64,000 nucleotides of DNA, from assembly GCA_002633005.1 (NCBI GenBank), contig NMRA01000647.1, positions 164,761-228,760 on the forward strand, in the 5' to 3' direction. Positions 1-12,341 of the stretch are shown here, piece by piece; positions within the stretch are counted from its first letter, which is position 1, and every line of letters begins with the position of its first letter. Origin of the DNA: Phoronis australis. Lineage: Eukaryota; Animalia; Phoronida. The notes beneath the pieces are model-generated. The model worked only from the letters and a program-made list of their open reading frames with translations. It was not told where the DNA came from and did no database searches. A program made the translations under genes and the position numbers.

Positions 1-235
1 TGCCCTGAGAGCTGTTTAGAAAAGGGTTATCGAGCCAATTTCCCCAGAATACCTGCAATTTGTCTACTAGGTGTCATTTTTAATAAAATGCTTCGTCTCG
101 TTCGCCTTTATATTTTAACGAATGATAGGAAATTTGGCATTACTTCCATATATGTTGATATCTCATTCAGTACCAGTATACTTTGCAGAAAAGTACGAGT
201 CGTTACTATTATTTAATTTATTTGAAGTAAATGGA

Positions 236-272
236 TAACGTTTCGCCAGCGTCTGCTGACTTTTTCAAGCCT
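236..272 (-). mobile_element. Penelope-like pLTR remnant with degenerate minimal hammerhead ribozyme motif
   Basis: Minus strand reads CTTGAAAAA-GTCAGC-agac-GCTGGC-GAAACGTTA: a paired stem II, GAAA, palindromic AACGTT, then AATAAA downstream. The core deviates from CUGANGA. Confidence 0.5.
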
Positions 273-1665
273 GTGCGACCTCCTTATGATGGAGTGAGTT
301 CAAGGTGTTCCATCGAAATGGTGGAACCCCGGTGTAAAACAGACTTCCGCACCTTCAAAACAGTGAACCAGCCAGAAAAGCATTTCAACCCCGACCTTTA
401 AAACAGCAACCCCGAAGATCGAACAGGACACCCGGGTACGGAAACACTACACTGTCTGTCAAACATTGTTTGTCTCTAGGAAATACTACATTGGTACTCT
501 TATAGTACTTTGTGTTCATACAACATGTATCATTTTCACATTTTGATTAAAAAATAATTCTTCCTACTTTGAATAGTTGTTGTGATGTGTTGTTTTACTA
601 TATGACAATTTTAGATATCTTATGACCATTATTCTATTGCGGCTAAAGTTTTGTTGTAATGTTTCGCGTCGGCTTTCTGCGCCGTGAAATATTAAGTTGC
701 CTAAATGTATTGGCCATTTTTTTTCTCCAATTCTTCAATCATCTGTTCTTCTTTCACGAGGTAGCGTAAACGTCACAACAAATTATCGGAATAGGTTTCA
801 TTTCCTTACAAAATTTTAATATTTTATTACCAGTAAACCGAATTTCAGAACAAAGTTGCTGCAGTTATCCGCCAAAAAGAGTGTGAATGCGCTGAGTTCC
901 AAAAACAAAACATTATTTCGACTTTCGACTGCAGTTCTTTATAATTGACCTCATGTTCGTTGATTAACTTGTGGAGAGTACATTATTTACGACAAAATAA
1001 ATTTCCTGACTTTGAAATGGACCGCGAGAATTATTCACTCGAAAGACCCGCACCGTCACCAATTTCACCGTTCTTGTCCTCAAAAAAGTGTACGTCAACT
1101 CCCTATCGATCTTTAAAACGGAATTTGGAATCGTAGTTTCTGAACTCAACGCACTCACACTCTTGTTGGCGGATCATCCCTGTGACCTTTGTGTTTGACA
1201 GAAAGTGCGGAAGTGGTGTTTCGGTGTCCGGGTATCCTGTTCGATCCTGGGGCTCCTGTTTTAAAGGCCAGTACATGCGCGCACCCAGCCTTTAATACGG
1301 AGGGGCTCGAATTTCTGTCGATGTGGACCTTTTGCTAACAAAAAAGCGGGAGGTCTAACAAAAAAGGGGTACCAGCTACACTTGGCGTCTGCGCCTTTTT
1401 CCTGGACTTTTGTCTCGTTTTCTCGGACTTTTTGTTTCTCTGAGGCGGACCTTCTTGCCCACTTTGCCATATAGGCGGCTCTTTCGAGCTCCCCGAGCCC
1501 CGCCCCCATGGATGCGCGAATGCAGTGTTCGTGTTTTTCGGGCTGGTTAGTTGTTTTGAAGGTGCGGGAGTATATTTTCGACTCCGTGATATCTGTTTTA
1601 CACCGGGGTTACAATTTCGATGGAGAATCTTGAAATACTATGAGAAGATTTGATCCTGTACAGGG
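270..1665. mobile_element. Old non-autonomous element with long degenerate inverted repeats
   Basis: ~298..465 is the reverse complement of 1192..1268 plus 1525..1633 (e.g. gtctgtcaaaca/tgtttgacag; accccggtgtaaa/tttacaccggggt). The right arm is interrupted by a MITE. Outer boundaries are approximate. Confidence 0.6.
1274..1522. mobile_element. MITE, CATGCGCGCACCCA family
   Basis: Termini catgcgcgcaccca / tggatgcgcgaatg; strong internal similarity to 58367..58617 and 18796..18992. Confidence 0.7.
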
Positions 1666-2054
1666 TTATTGACCCTTTGGGAATTTCAGCTAAGTAGGTA
1701 CACAGAGGCCATTCTCTCGTCCGCTTGTGATGGTACACACAATTTAGGATAAACAAACAAAAAATATGTTGTGGCATTAACCCTTAGCAAACAGTAAGCT
1801 GTGATTTTTATTTGATAAGTAGTTTGAAACTCTCTTGAAGATGTTTTACTATATGTGCAACTTACGTAAATGGCAGACAAAGCTTACATAAATATATTTG
1901 GCCTATTTTTGGAAACATGCAAAGCGACATTTTTACGCCCTGACAATAACATGACGTCACTTCAAATTTAAGGCCGAATGGCTGAATAGCTTCTGATTGT
2001 CGTAGTTGTTGCGCCGAGATACTAACCCGGGCTCACGAAAGTTCAGGCGTATTT

Positions 2055-2669
2055 TATGGTGGGCCGTTGAGGAGAAAGTGTCGCCGTAAAATTACGCTCG
2101 TAATTACGAGCGTAAATTAAATTGCAGGAGTGTCGCCGTACAATTACGCTTGTACATTAAATGGGGAAAAGTTTAGCCGTAAAATTACGCTCGTAATTAC
2201 GAGCGTAAATTAAATTGCAAAAGTGCTGCAGTAAAATTACGCTCGTAAATTAAATGGGAATGTCGCCGTAAATTACGCTCGTAAAATACCTTAAGAACGT
2301 TCCAAATTTAAACCAGTCAGTGTTGCCCTAACATACACGACTGTTGCTAGGCAGCTCGTTCTTGCACAATCGCTGACGTTGCAGCAGCGATTTGATCCGC
2401 CATGATTCAGCGCTCGTACCGTAGACATGTAACCCGTCAGTAGATAAGTATTTCCATGAGCACGCTCGACCGTGGATTGTAAAACCCAACGTCGTTGGCT
2501 AAGAGTTTAAACTAAATTACGAGCGTAATTTTACGCCGTAAAGAATTAAATTACGCTCGTAATTTTACGGCGTAATTAACGGCGTAAATAACGCCGTAAA
2601 TAACGGCGTAATGTACATAATTACGCTCGTATTTTTCCGGCGACACTTTCCCCCCAACGGCCGATCATA
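2055..2669. mobile_element. Foldback-like MITE with subterminal TTACG arrays
   Basis: ~45-bp TIRs (tatggtgggccgttg..aaagtgtcgccg / cggcgacactttc..caacggccgatcata); GTATTT direct repeat on both flanks (2049..2054, 2670..2675); many AATTACGCTCGTAA/TTACGAGCG units. Confidence 0.8.
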
Positions 2670-4933
2670 GTATTTTCGCTAACACGTCGGTCTGCGGGAT
2701 ATTTTCAGGAGAAAAACATCAAACCCCTATGAACGTTGAAGAAATACTGAGAAACACTCTTGAGATAAAGATTGTTGGTCAGATACAGGGCCGTTTTTGC
2801 ATTCATAGAGATTTACTCTCATGTAAGGACTTGGTAAGAGTACCGAGCGTCCCATTTGCTGCTATTCATTCTCTTACAACCCTATAAGAAAAGCTGTACT
2901 GTAATTGTCCGACTCCGTCACTGAGATCTGCGCTCACCAAAGCTGTGTGTTAGGCGCAAAGGGTTATAGCAAGAGCGTCGGAACGCCATGATTAGTCAAG
3001 GATGGGTAAAACAACCAAGACTTGCATCACTGTTGCTCGCCTTACGTAGTTTTCATTTTTGAAAATGTGAGCAACTAAAAGTAGGCCTATGCTGTACCTC
3101 CGACTCGAGCTTCAAATACAACAACAGCTAGAGACCGTGAAACCAAAGTTTTTTGTCCTTAAAATTTTTACTCATTTGCGATCGCCTTCTGCCTTGTAAA
3201 TTGATTCCTGATTTGTTTAGAACATTAACTGTTGTAAATTGTTCTCATCGTGTTATTGGGATTAGAAGTGGCATAGGACAGACTTAGAGACGAACAGAGA
3301 TCCGCCAATATTGGTCATGGTGCTCAGGGCTCAGCGTACAAAATGACTCGTCGGGTCAAACTCCGCCATGATTGCATTGTTATCGGATGCGAATTAAACT
3401 CGTTAAACTTACAACTCATTGTCTAGTATATCTGGAGCTCGACGTCACGTACGAACGAACCGTCACTGACTTGTTACCAAACCCAGGAATCGTCTCGGGC
3501 GAGAAACAGATTGAGACATTGGCTCTGAGTAACTTGTCTAAATCAACTTTTAGGTGTTTTGATAGTTGGTTTATTACGGCTTTTTAAATACTTTGCAACA
3601 GTCAAGTTGTCAAAATATTAAACAATCGCCAAAAATTGGGTACAAACAACCTCGCAATTTTCAATTCGTGATAACCATTATTACATGTAAATTTGCGATA
3701 AAAATGAAAACCAGCACTTGAAATCCCAGCGGTACTAGGCAGTAGTTTTCTGAGGACGATGAATGGGTTTGGTGTTTGGGACTCAACTCGTATGACTATA
3801 ATTTGAATAGAGTTTAAATAGGTATGGAACGCGAAAGCTCGTCAAAATATCTTTCAAACAATTCCTGACGAAACTGCCATCTCGCAACTTTTGCTATAGA
3901 GCTATTCAGGCTCCCACGTGAGGAAGTGGCCACGAAAAATCCCAAAATCCATTATTCTTGAAATACGCGCGAAGGAAAAACTCTGTAATCACCACAGAGT
4001 TTGATCTTCCTCCCACTTCTGATCAATGCGCGCATGCGCTCCGGCACAGTCATTCGACAACTGGTTACTGACAAGAAGGATATTTCGGCACATTATCATG
4101 TGTGGTCGCACTCCGAATCTAAGGTCGACACCACTGTATGAGGTAAGCCTGTCAAGCAAGGGGTTTCCCAACGAGAATTCCAAGTACAATTTAGAATACA
4201 TGTTCTACATTTGAATGCTAAGATACTTTTGCAACTAATTTTAATCTCTTAATTCGACTGCTGCTTGAGGTAGCTATTGTTTTGTTTACATGTACATCTA
4301 AGGTCAAACATTACATTTTTATATTAGAGAAATGTGCTACGTCTATGTCTGGCCAAACCAAAAGAGACGTGGTTGGCCTTGTGAGGGGAAAATCAGAGAA
4401 GTGACAAGAAGTTGACAGGTCGTTCTTCTTTGAAATGTTTTGATATCAACAAAAAATCAAAATCTTTACTAGAAGAAAGTAAACTATCTGTTGAACACGT
4501 TGAATTCTGTTTCTGTGGAGGAGGGTCAATTTAAATGATGCAATTTGATCTGTTTTTCTAGTTTCGCTTTAAATTCAAACCCTCACATTGGCGCAACGCC
4601 ACACTTCGATACTCCGACTCAGCCTATCCAGTTTTTATAACCAATAAAGCAAATTTGTCATCCCTACAAAAATAAGATGAATGGTAAGTAGTTTTACTAT
4701 TTACAAAACAAAACTACATCCATACTTTGAAATTCAGTACAGATTCCTTAGTTCGTTTACGGCTCCAGTTGGTGATTGTGTAGCTGAGGTTCCTTACTTT
4801 CGAAGGTATATATATATGTATATATAAATTCAGTAATTCACTTTTGTTGAGGGATTTTCATTTCCTAAACTGTACAATGCATAATGTGACAACAAACGTT
4901 ATATTCGAGGTAAACGGATAAACGGGTTAGTTT

Positions 4934-7061
4934 TTAATCAATCTTTGTAACGCCATACGCGGGGTTGGTTTTCTGGGAATCCTCAAAGTTCCAGTCGACG
5001 GGCTTATGCATTTGCACCGTTTTCCGGTACGTCCAATAAGGAGTCATGACGAAAAAAATTAACGTGAGCTGAGTATATAGGCTAATAAATATTGGTAAAG
5101 GCATCGAAGACCAAATTTTTGGCCAGTGGCGATAGGTTTGTAGCCACATAAATCCTTCAAGAACAGTTCGACAGTGAAACAAATGCACAAGGATAGCTTG
5201 GTTAGCCTTCCATAACAAGGTGTTGGTTCGACCACATTTTAACATTGTCCAACAGAGAGCACTGAATGGAGTACTCATTTCGAGCAGCAATCCAACCGTG
5301 CCAAAGTAATGACTGCTGTCAAAATAAAGAACTAGGAGATAACCACCGAGAGCCAACCAGTGGTGGGCGTTGAGCAGAATATTTTGTTGCCTAAACACAA
5401 TGTCTGTGATTGAAACTGCGGCACATTCCAGAATGAAAAATCCAACAGTCACGTGGAGTGCGAAGTTACTAGTTGGCGTCTTTGCAAAGACGACATCTTT
5501 GACGAGTTCGTCATCGTGCCACAGCGTCCAAATGCCCACTATTGTGCAGAAAACTCCAAAAACGCCCCTCACCACTGACAAGTTCCAGAAGATTTTTTCT
5601 TTTCTTCGCAGATTCTTGTAAGCGGATGTTCGACCCGCGACGACCGCTGACCACACGTACAGCATACAAAAGAGAAGAAATGACACAAAGATGACTTGGA
5701 ATTTTGTCGTTATGGTGCTGTAATCCAGTTGCGTCAGATAAGGATGAATGTAGTCAGTTAGCTGCACTGATCCCCTGAAAACAAAATGCAAATGGCGTGA
5801 ATGACACACCGGCGGACCTAGGCGTAATGGGGGGGGGGGGGCGTGGCAACCACAATTTTCGAAGGACAAACTAATTAATGCCAAAATGTCTGCTTAGGTC
5901 CTAAATAGGCCTATGCCGCCGGCGTCGCTTTTTACTTTTCTGGTCTTGTCCGTAGGGGGCTTCCTATAGGCCGATTATACATGTAACCTGCAGTCTACAA
6001 GGCGAAAACATCTGGGCCTTCTAGTGTATATTCTATTATCAAGTAGGTCTAAAATCTACAGGATTCAATTGTGACGATTTATCTTGGACTGTGATCATCA
6101 CGTGCGCGCATCACGAGAAGCTGAACATGACCACTATCATGTTTGCGTAAAATGCACCGGCTGTAAACATAAGATAACGCAACGAATTACATCAATTAGT
6201 GCCATTTCAACTGGATGTAAAGCTTTCAAATGCATGAGAAAAATACTGTATTTTTAAGCGCATTAGGGTGATGGACCCGTAAAGGTTCATCTATGCATTG
6301 AAAGTGGAATGACTTTGTGCAACTGAGTACTCCCCGAGATTGAAATCTGCCCTCAGCGATGAGAGTGCCTCAGTACGCGGCCATAGACGTCAACTGTTTA
6401 GCTAGTCATTACATGAGACAGGCACTTGGCCAAGGAGCATCGGAAGCGAAATGAGTGGCCAGTAGAAGGGCAAAAGACAAAATTGAAATGAGTCTCTACC
6501 GAAAGGCTTTTGAGCAAGCCGTCATAATCCCTTTTGCACGTTCAACGTCGAAATGTCAACGGAGAGAATTCGTAATAACACGGTCAGCCTTAGTTTTTCT
6601 AAGTACAACCCTAAATCCTCGACAGTTAAATCAAGTCTTTTTAATTGCGCTTGTCACTAAATGTCCATATTATGCCAGTACTAGCATAGACAATATTACG
6701 TATTTGTGTTTTGAAAGTGTTGCCTCGGTAAGCTGAAACTGCAGCTCAGTAATCAGTTATGCTTGTACATACGCACCCGAATGGCATACACGTGCATGTA
6801 CATGTAAGGTGTTCCGCCACACGAGGAGACGCCCGGCTGGTAAGAATAAAAAACATTTAGGCAAAGAATTTCGCCCTCGAAAGTTACTGTAGCTGTTCCG
6901 ACAGTTATTCCAAGATTGTAGAGAGCGGGGAACTACGTACCTGTAGGCACGTTACGTAATCACATGAATGCGACACAACATTTTCAATCTTTGCTAATTA
7001 GCTAACAAATTGGCAACACATTCCACACTTACCGCATGAAATCATTATGACTAGCCGCCAT
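4934..7061 (-). CDS. CLN8: Protein CLN8 homolog (TLC-domain ER membrane protein), 2 coding exons, 289 aa
   Basis: Exons 7033..7061 (MAASHNDFM-R, donor gtaagt) and 4934..5774 (acceptor ttttcag) join in phase 2. Motifs KEKIFWNLSVVRGVFG, HHWLA, LLLEMSTPF, LWKANQ...HLFHCR and PYWTYRKT...PVDWNF closely match what I recall of vertebrate CLN8. Confidence 0.93.
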
Positions 7062-9113
7062 TCTTCAGGAGATGCACACGAAGTAAATCGTACAGAATGG
7101 CGCAAGCAGACGATTCTCAGCACTCAGATGGCAAATTGCAGTCGCGACACCAAACAGCTAACTTCGGTAATTTCTGCGAACGTTTGGACTGGTTGCTGAT
7201 TTCAACTATTCTTCCATAAAAAGTATCCTGTGTAGATTATGATGTTTAAAAATCAGCATCGTCATGCCCCGGCGAGATAATAACAACCGCTGTTTACAGT
7301 ATAATCGGCGTTTTCAACATTGCGCACGACAGTATGCATAACGTCATCCCGTGTATTAGTGCCCCATCCGTAGACGCAATGCTCTCGCGAAAACGCAAGA
7401 TACCCAAAGTCCTCGCGAGATATTGCCTTAGATGCGTCGCAAGCTGAAGGCATGCGCACGTGATAATACTACCTTTACTCGCAAGATTTTTTGCGTCTCG
7501 GAATTCGATCCTGGCTTTTAGGGGAAGTGATACTTCGGCCTTTGATCGGGTTGGATTGTCATTCTGATAAGCTTACAGTGGCACTTATCATTTTGTAAAC
7601 GATGCTCATCGAAGTTGATAGTTAAAACGAGTCTGCCTCCGATAATCTGTTTATTTGAAGGGAATTCGCGGTAGTGCAGGGTTAAGATTGTCGTTGGGAC
7701 CTCCAAGCTATGAAAAGTATATGAGCGACCTAGCAATTGGAATTAGCCCTTGCGCCACAATTTTTGAATTTCCCCTTTCTCGTCACAACTCACGAGGGAC
7801 CTCCGACCAGACGGAGGCCTCTATTTCGTGCAAGGCCCTAAGTTGCTGCTTCTTAGCTAAATGAATTGTCTCACCCTGTGGCATCAAATTTTATATAGAC
7901 CCGTTACTAACTACGAGATGGGGTTCCTATTTTCAGTGGAACTACAAGTTGTAGCTTTATTAGCTTAATGGGACGACACTGATTTGCGGCGCTGTTATTG
8001 CTGCGGCGCCATTATTGCTGAAGTTACATTTTAGGAACAACAAGGCAAAACACGTCTCTTATTTGGTGACTACAGAGTTTTTCCTTCACGCGTATTTTAA
8101 GAATCGTGAAATTTGTGATTTTTCTGGGAATTTCCTCAAAGGGGAAGTGAATAACTCTTTAGTTGACGTTGCGGAATGGTGCTTTCGTCAGGAATTGATT
8201 AAACGGTTTTTGACGAGGTTTCGATTTCCATGCTTCGTTAAGTACGGCGGTAGGCCTGGCAATTAAATATTATATTTGTGTTTGAGATAGCAGGCGACTT
8301 AAAAAGTAAGAATAATGCGATGTTTATTACATTTGCACTTGCCGTGTTCGACTTCAAAAGTAATAATTATTACTATTGTGACTGTAAAAGGACAGAACAA
8401 ACTTAGGACGTGATGGATGGTAATTGAGCACGTAAACGCGACTTTTTTAGAGAAAATTCCCCAAAATGTTTCATGTTCGAGGCTCCACGTCATATGCTTG
8501 GAAACTGAAAACCGCCGTTAATCTTTGGAGCCAGGGCGGATCCAACATTTTGATTTTGGGGGCAGGGCAGAGTAGAATTTTGCTCGTCAGATATTCGCAC
8601 ACTTGAACTGCCAAATGGAATCTGGGAGAATTTTTGGGGGGGACATGGCCCCCGGGAGCTGACATTTTGAGAATCCCTGTCGTGAAGGTTGTTTGCAATT
8701 TTCCGCCAGTGGGGGTAGCCGCCACGTGAGGTACAGGTCTTCTAACTGGAGGTCATACACTGTAAATCAGTGCAACGAAACTGGAGAGTACAACAAGACA
8801 AAAAATAATTGTTTGTTTTTGTCTCATGTGCGCCTTGCGCAAACAGACTTGTAATTCTTGCTATGTTTTTTCTGACTGAAGAACTCAAATGAAAACTAAC
8901 TGTTAATTTGGAAGTATGTATGTTTATTTGACGCATTTGTGTGACTGTCTGCAAAAAGATCTCATATTCAGCAGGCCTACAAACTATCCATATGAAACTG
9001 GAAAACATGAAGTTGACCATTAAATAATCCAATGGTCACAAAAAGAATTAAGAAGTTATAAACATATGCCAGTGGTGGTGTAAAATAATCGATATCAATG
9101 TACTCATGCGTTT

Positions 9114-12100
9114 CTATACGTTGATGTTCACTTTCATTTCTGGTTCCTGCTTGTACTCGTTATCACTGAACAGAGGGCGGGTGAAATGTCTGTAGAAGAG
9201 CACACATATCTTTGCAACGCCTGCCAGAGAAGCAAGCACGAGAAGTAGAATTGAAAAAATAGAATTTGTTGCGCCCTGGCTGTAATTCTTAGCGATACTA
9301 CCAATAAGAGCCACAATCACGACTATGTACGGGCTGAACTGATACCTTGTGAATTTGTCGAAAACAAACACGTCTAGTCCAAACCACAAGACAAGTTCAC
9401 CAGCTAAAATTGAGAGAACAACAGTACTGGCAATGCTTTGGTCAACACCGAGTCTGTAAGCAAGAACTTGTGCAAAGTTCAATAAGGTAGCAATTGTGAC
9501 CCATGTAGCGTAGAAGGCCAGACCGTTTTGAATGAACAGACGTGTCATCCAAATGTCCTTCTGTAATCCCATTTTCGCCAAGTAGTTGCCACTCTTGTTC
9601 AAGCGCACGTGCGATATGACCAAGCAAATGTACAACGTGAACGGAAGGAGAGCTATTGGGATTAAAGCCCAGTCGATCATCAAACGATCCCAAATGACAG
9701 ACCACGCAACACTGCTACCCAGATTGACGATGTATGACATGTAAAATAGAGGTGATTCGGTCTCTGGGTTGGCGTATAAGGCATATCCGTCTGGGGTTTT
9801 GCGAAATATTGCTGCGATGACGTATATCAGCCATATGATTTGCCATGCGTAGATGAAGCCCCAAATGGAAAAGGTCCAGCTAGCAGGCGTTACTTCTAGA
9901 TACCGCAAGTCGCCTGTGAATTCTGAGGTGTTAGTGAAGATGCCTGAAACAAGACACGATTTATACTTTATTTTCTACAATATGGGTTAAGTCTTTAACA
10001 TAAAAAGTTGGTGACTATAACACCTCACCCTCATAATCCACGAGGCCTGTATGAGTCCGGTCAAGGGTTGAGTTCCATTGTTGTGATGAGGTGTTAGCTG
10101 CTTATGGTAAGGGCTACGTTTTCCCTGCTCACGAACGACATAAATTGTAAAGAAATATTTTTATTGTTTTTTTTCTTATCCCAGGAACCCAAAAATTTAC
10201 AAGGAATAAAAGTTAGGAAATCAAACACTTGTCTCTTTTCAGTACTTTTTGCGATGAGAGACTTGTGGGACATCTGCAATGGATTCTGGGACACCGGGTT
10301 TTCCAAGCCGAATGAGAGCAACAAACTAATGAAAACATTACACTACACGTACTGTACACTTTCATTTCCATCCATTAGATGGCGAGGAAAACGTTTATTC
10401 CCATATTTTTAACTGTAAAGATGGAATTCTCGCACCTACATAATTGATGAATTTAAAACAGCTTTCTAATAGATTTAAAACAGGCAATTATTAATTTGGG
10501 ATATTTTTCCCATTCAGGTAATAACAGGGCAACTTTTTGAAAATTATGAATAAGCTGCACCAAAATTATACTGTATATGTTAATATTGAATATCTCAGAA
10601 AAAAATGTCTACCATGTCGAATCTGCGACGGCATTTCAGCATAAAGCATTTTCTGAATTTTGACAATTGTCCTCACGCAGATTATTGTAGAAAGGCTCGA
10701 AAGAGTTTCAAAAATGTCAAGAAATCTCATAATTGAAATTCCGACAAATGTTAGTACAGGCCCTAAGGACTCTATGAGAACCATTTCATTCAACGTGAAT
10801 TAGTGGTGGAATATTCTAAAAACGGATCATTTCTAAGTTATAACCTCAACAGTTATTTTTAAAGAGTCTTCTACCCATCCTTAACCAACAATGGATAATA
10901 CTCACCCAACTGCTGTCCAATGGGAGACATCCCTATTGAGCTTATAAACATCGTAAAGGCATAGCAAAGGGAGGTGAAGACGATAAAGAATGCAAGTAGC
11001 GGTTTGTGGGCAGCTGGCTTTAAAGTCTGCAAGATTGGAGAATTCAAAATATAATATCAAATTGCTAAAGCAACTGATGCTCATTTATAGAATTTTCGTT
11101 GGGGCAACATGAATTTCTCGTAGAACATGCGCAGAAACTTCAATGAATCACTACTTCGGAAAAAGGTACATGTAGGCCCAAAGCGCACCGCGTGATCACG
11201 AGCATGCGCTACTCTTTATGGCAAGCGTCTACTTTCTTCCATTCGTAAGCCATTTCGACGGAACTTAATACGAGAGAGGCAAACTAATATATTTTTTCCA
11301 CATATTCTCGCATCCTTCATAGCTCAGACAAGTAACGTGTAGAAGGTATAGCGGCCACAATGACTTTGGTCGTGCCACCTTCATAGTCCACTGTCAAATT
11401 TCATAAATTATTCTTAATCTATCTATATCATAGTCGTACACAATGTAGTATTTGTACAATACTATATTGCCTTCATTTACAGTCGTACATGTATTTCCAT
11501 GAACATTAACTTTCAAAACCTTTGTACAGAGCATGCGCAATTATAGAACATTTTTAAATTAAAATTCTTCAAGAAAGCATATAATACATTATCAACTATC
11601 TACTTGTACTTTTTATACGGGATTCTGCCCTACCTCAAATATTCCAAAATAACTTGAAAGGTCTACGAAATTCATTCAAGACGCTTTGCAGGTTAGAAGT
11701 AATTATTTGTTTATAACCTACTCTGAAGTGGTCATATTTGAGCGTGTGCAATATGTTATGTAATGATTTAATTATTATTAGGTGACTTAGTAAGCCCATT
11801 GAGATGTGTGGTAAATATTCTGTCTTTGAGATTGTTTTACTGGCACCCTTATGTCACTATAATAAATAAATAATAATGATAATAATAATAATAATAAATG
11901 TACTTCCTAAGCCCCGGTTGCCTCATCTTCTGTTATGAAGTCGGACTTGTTAGTGTTTGTATGATATGATGTTGAGATGGTCCGAATATTCAATTAGCGT
12001 CATATCTGAGAAATGACTGATTCATGTGAAACTTGCAGGTACTATGCTTTAAAGTGTTCTCCAAAAAACTTTTACGAATTGTTTTTAAAATGTTTTGCTT

Positions 12101-12341
12101 AAGCATGAAGGGGTATCAAAATAGTAGTTTTAGGATGATCATGAAAAAATAAATTTGTTGCTTCAAAAGAAAGCGAAATGTGATAGGCTGCATTACAATA
12201 CTGCAATTGTTTTTTTTGAGATTTCATCTTGAACGTTGATATCAAATGAAATAAAATTTGGCCATACTGTTAGTAGGCGTACTTTGCAGATGGATGTCTA
12301 GTCCTCAGTTTAGTCTACCGATAACTTACCTCGACAGTCAT
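9114..12341 (-). CDS. Uncharacterised multi-pass membrane protein, TspO/MBR-like motif (zebrafish si:ch211-161h7.5-like family), paralog A, 320 aa
   Basis: Exons 12330..12341 (MTVE), 10906..11026 and 9114..9943, all GT-AG and phase-compatible. Motifs TPASWTFSIWGFIYAW and NGLAFYATWVTIATLLNF; many hydrophobic helices; same exon structure as paralog B. Confidence 0.85.
11560..11897 (+). mobile_element. 3' end remnant of a LINE in an intron of paralog A
   Basis: Ends in cactataataaataaa(taa)n. Shares gtgactta..taagccc and cactataataaata with the LINE 3' end at 33385..33500. Residual peptide KFIQDALQVRSNYLF resembles FFKNMFEVRKNYIYL of that LINE. 5' boundary approximate. Confidence 0.6.

Noticed and set aside
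2075-2640. Repeat array superficially like CRISPR
   Set aside because: Eukaryotic context, inverted arrangement, no regular unique spacers, no cas genes.
5775-5884. N-terminal extension of the 316-aa ORF (MALISL...PPPP)
   Set aside because: Intron sequence upstream of the acceptor; the real start is exon 7033..7061.
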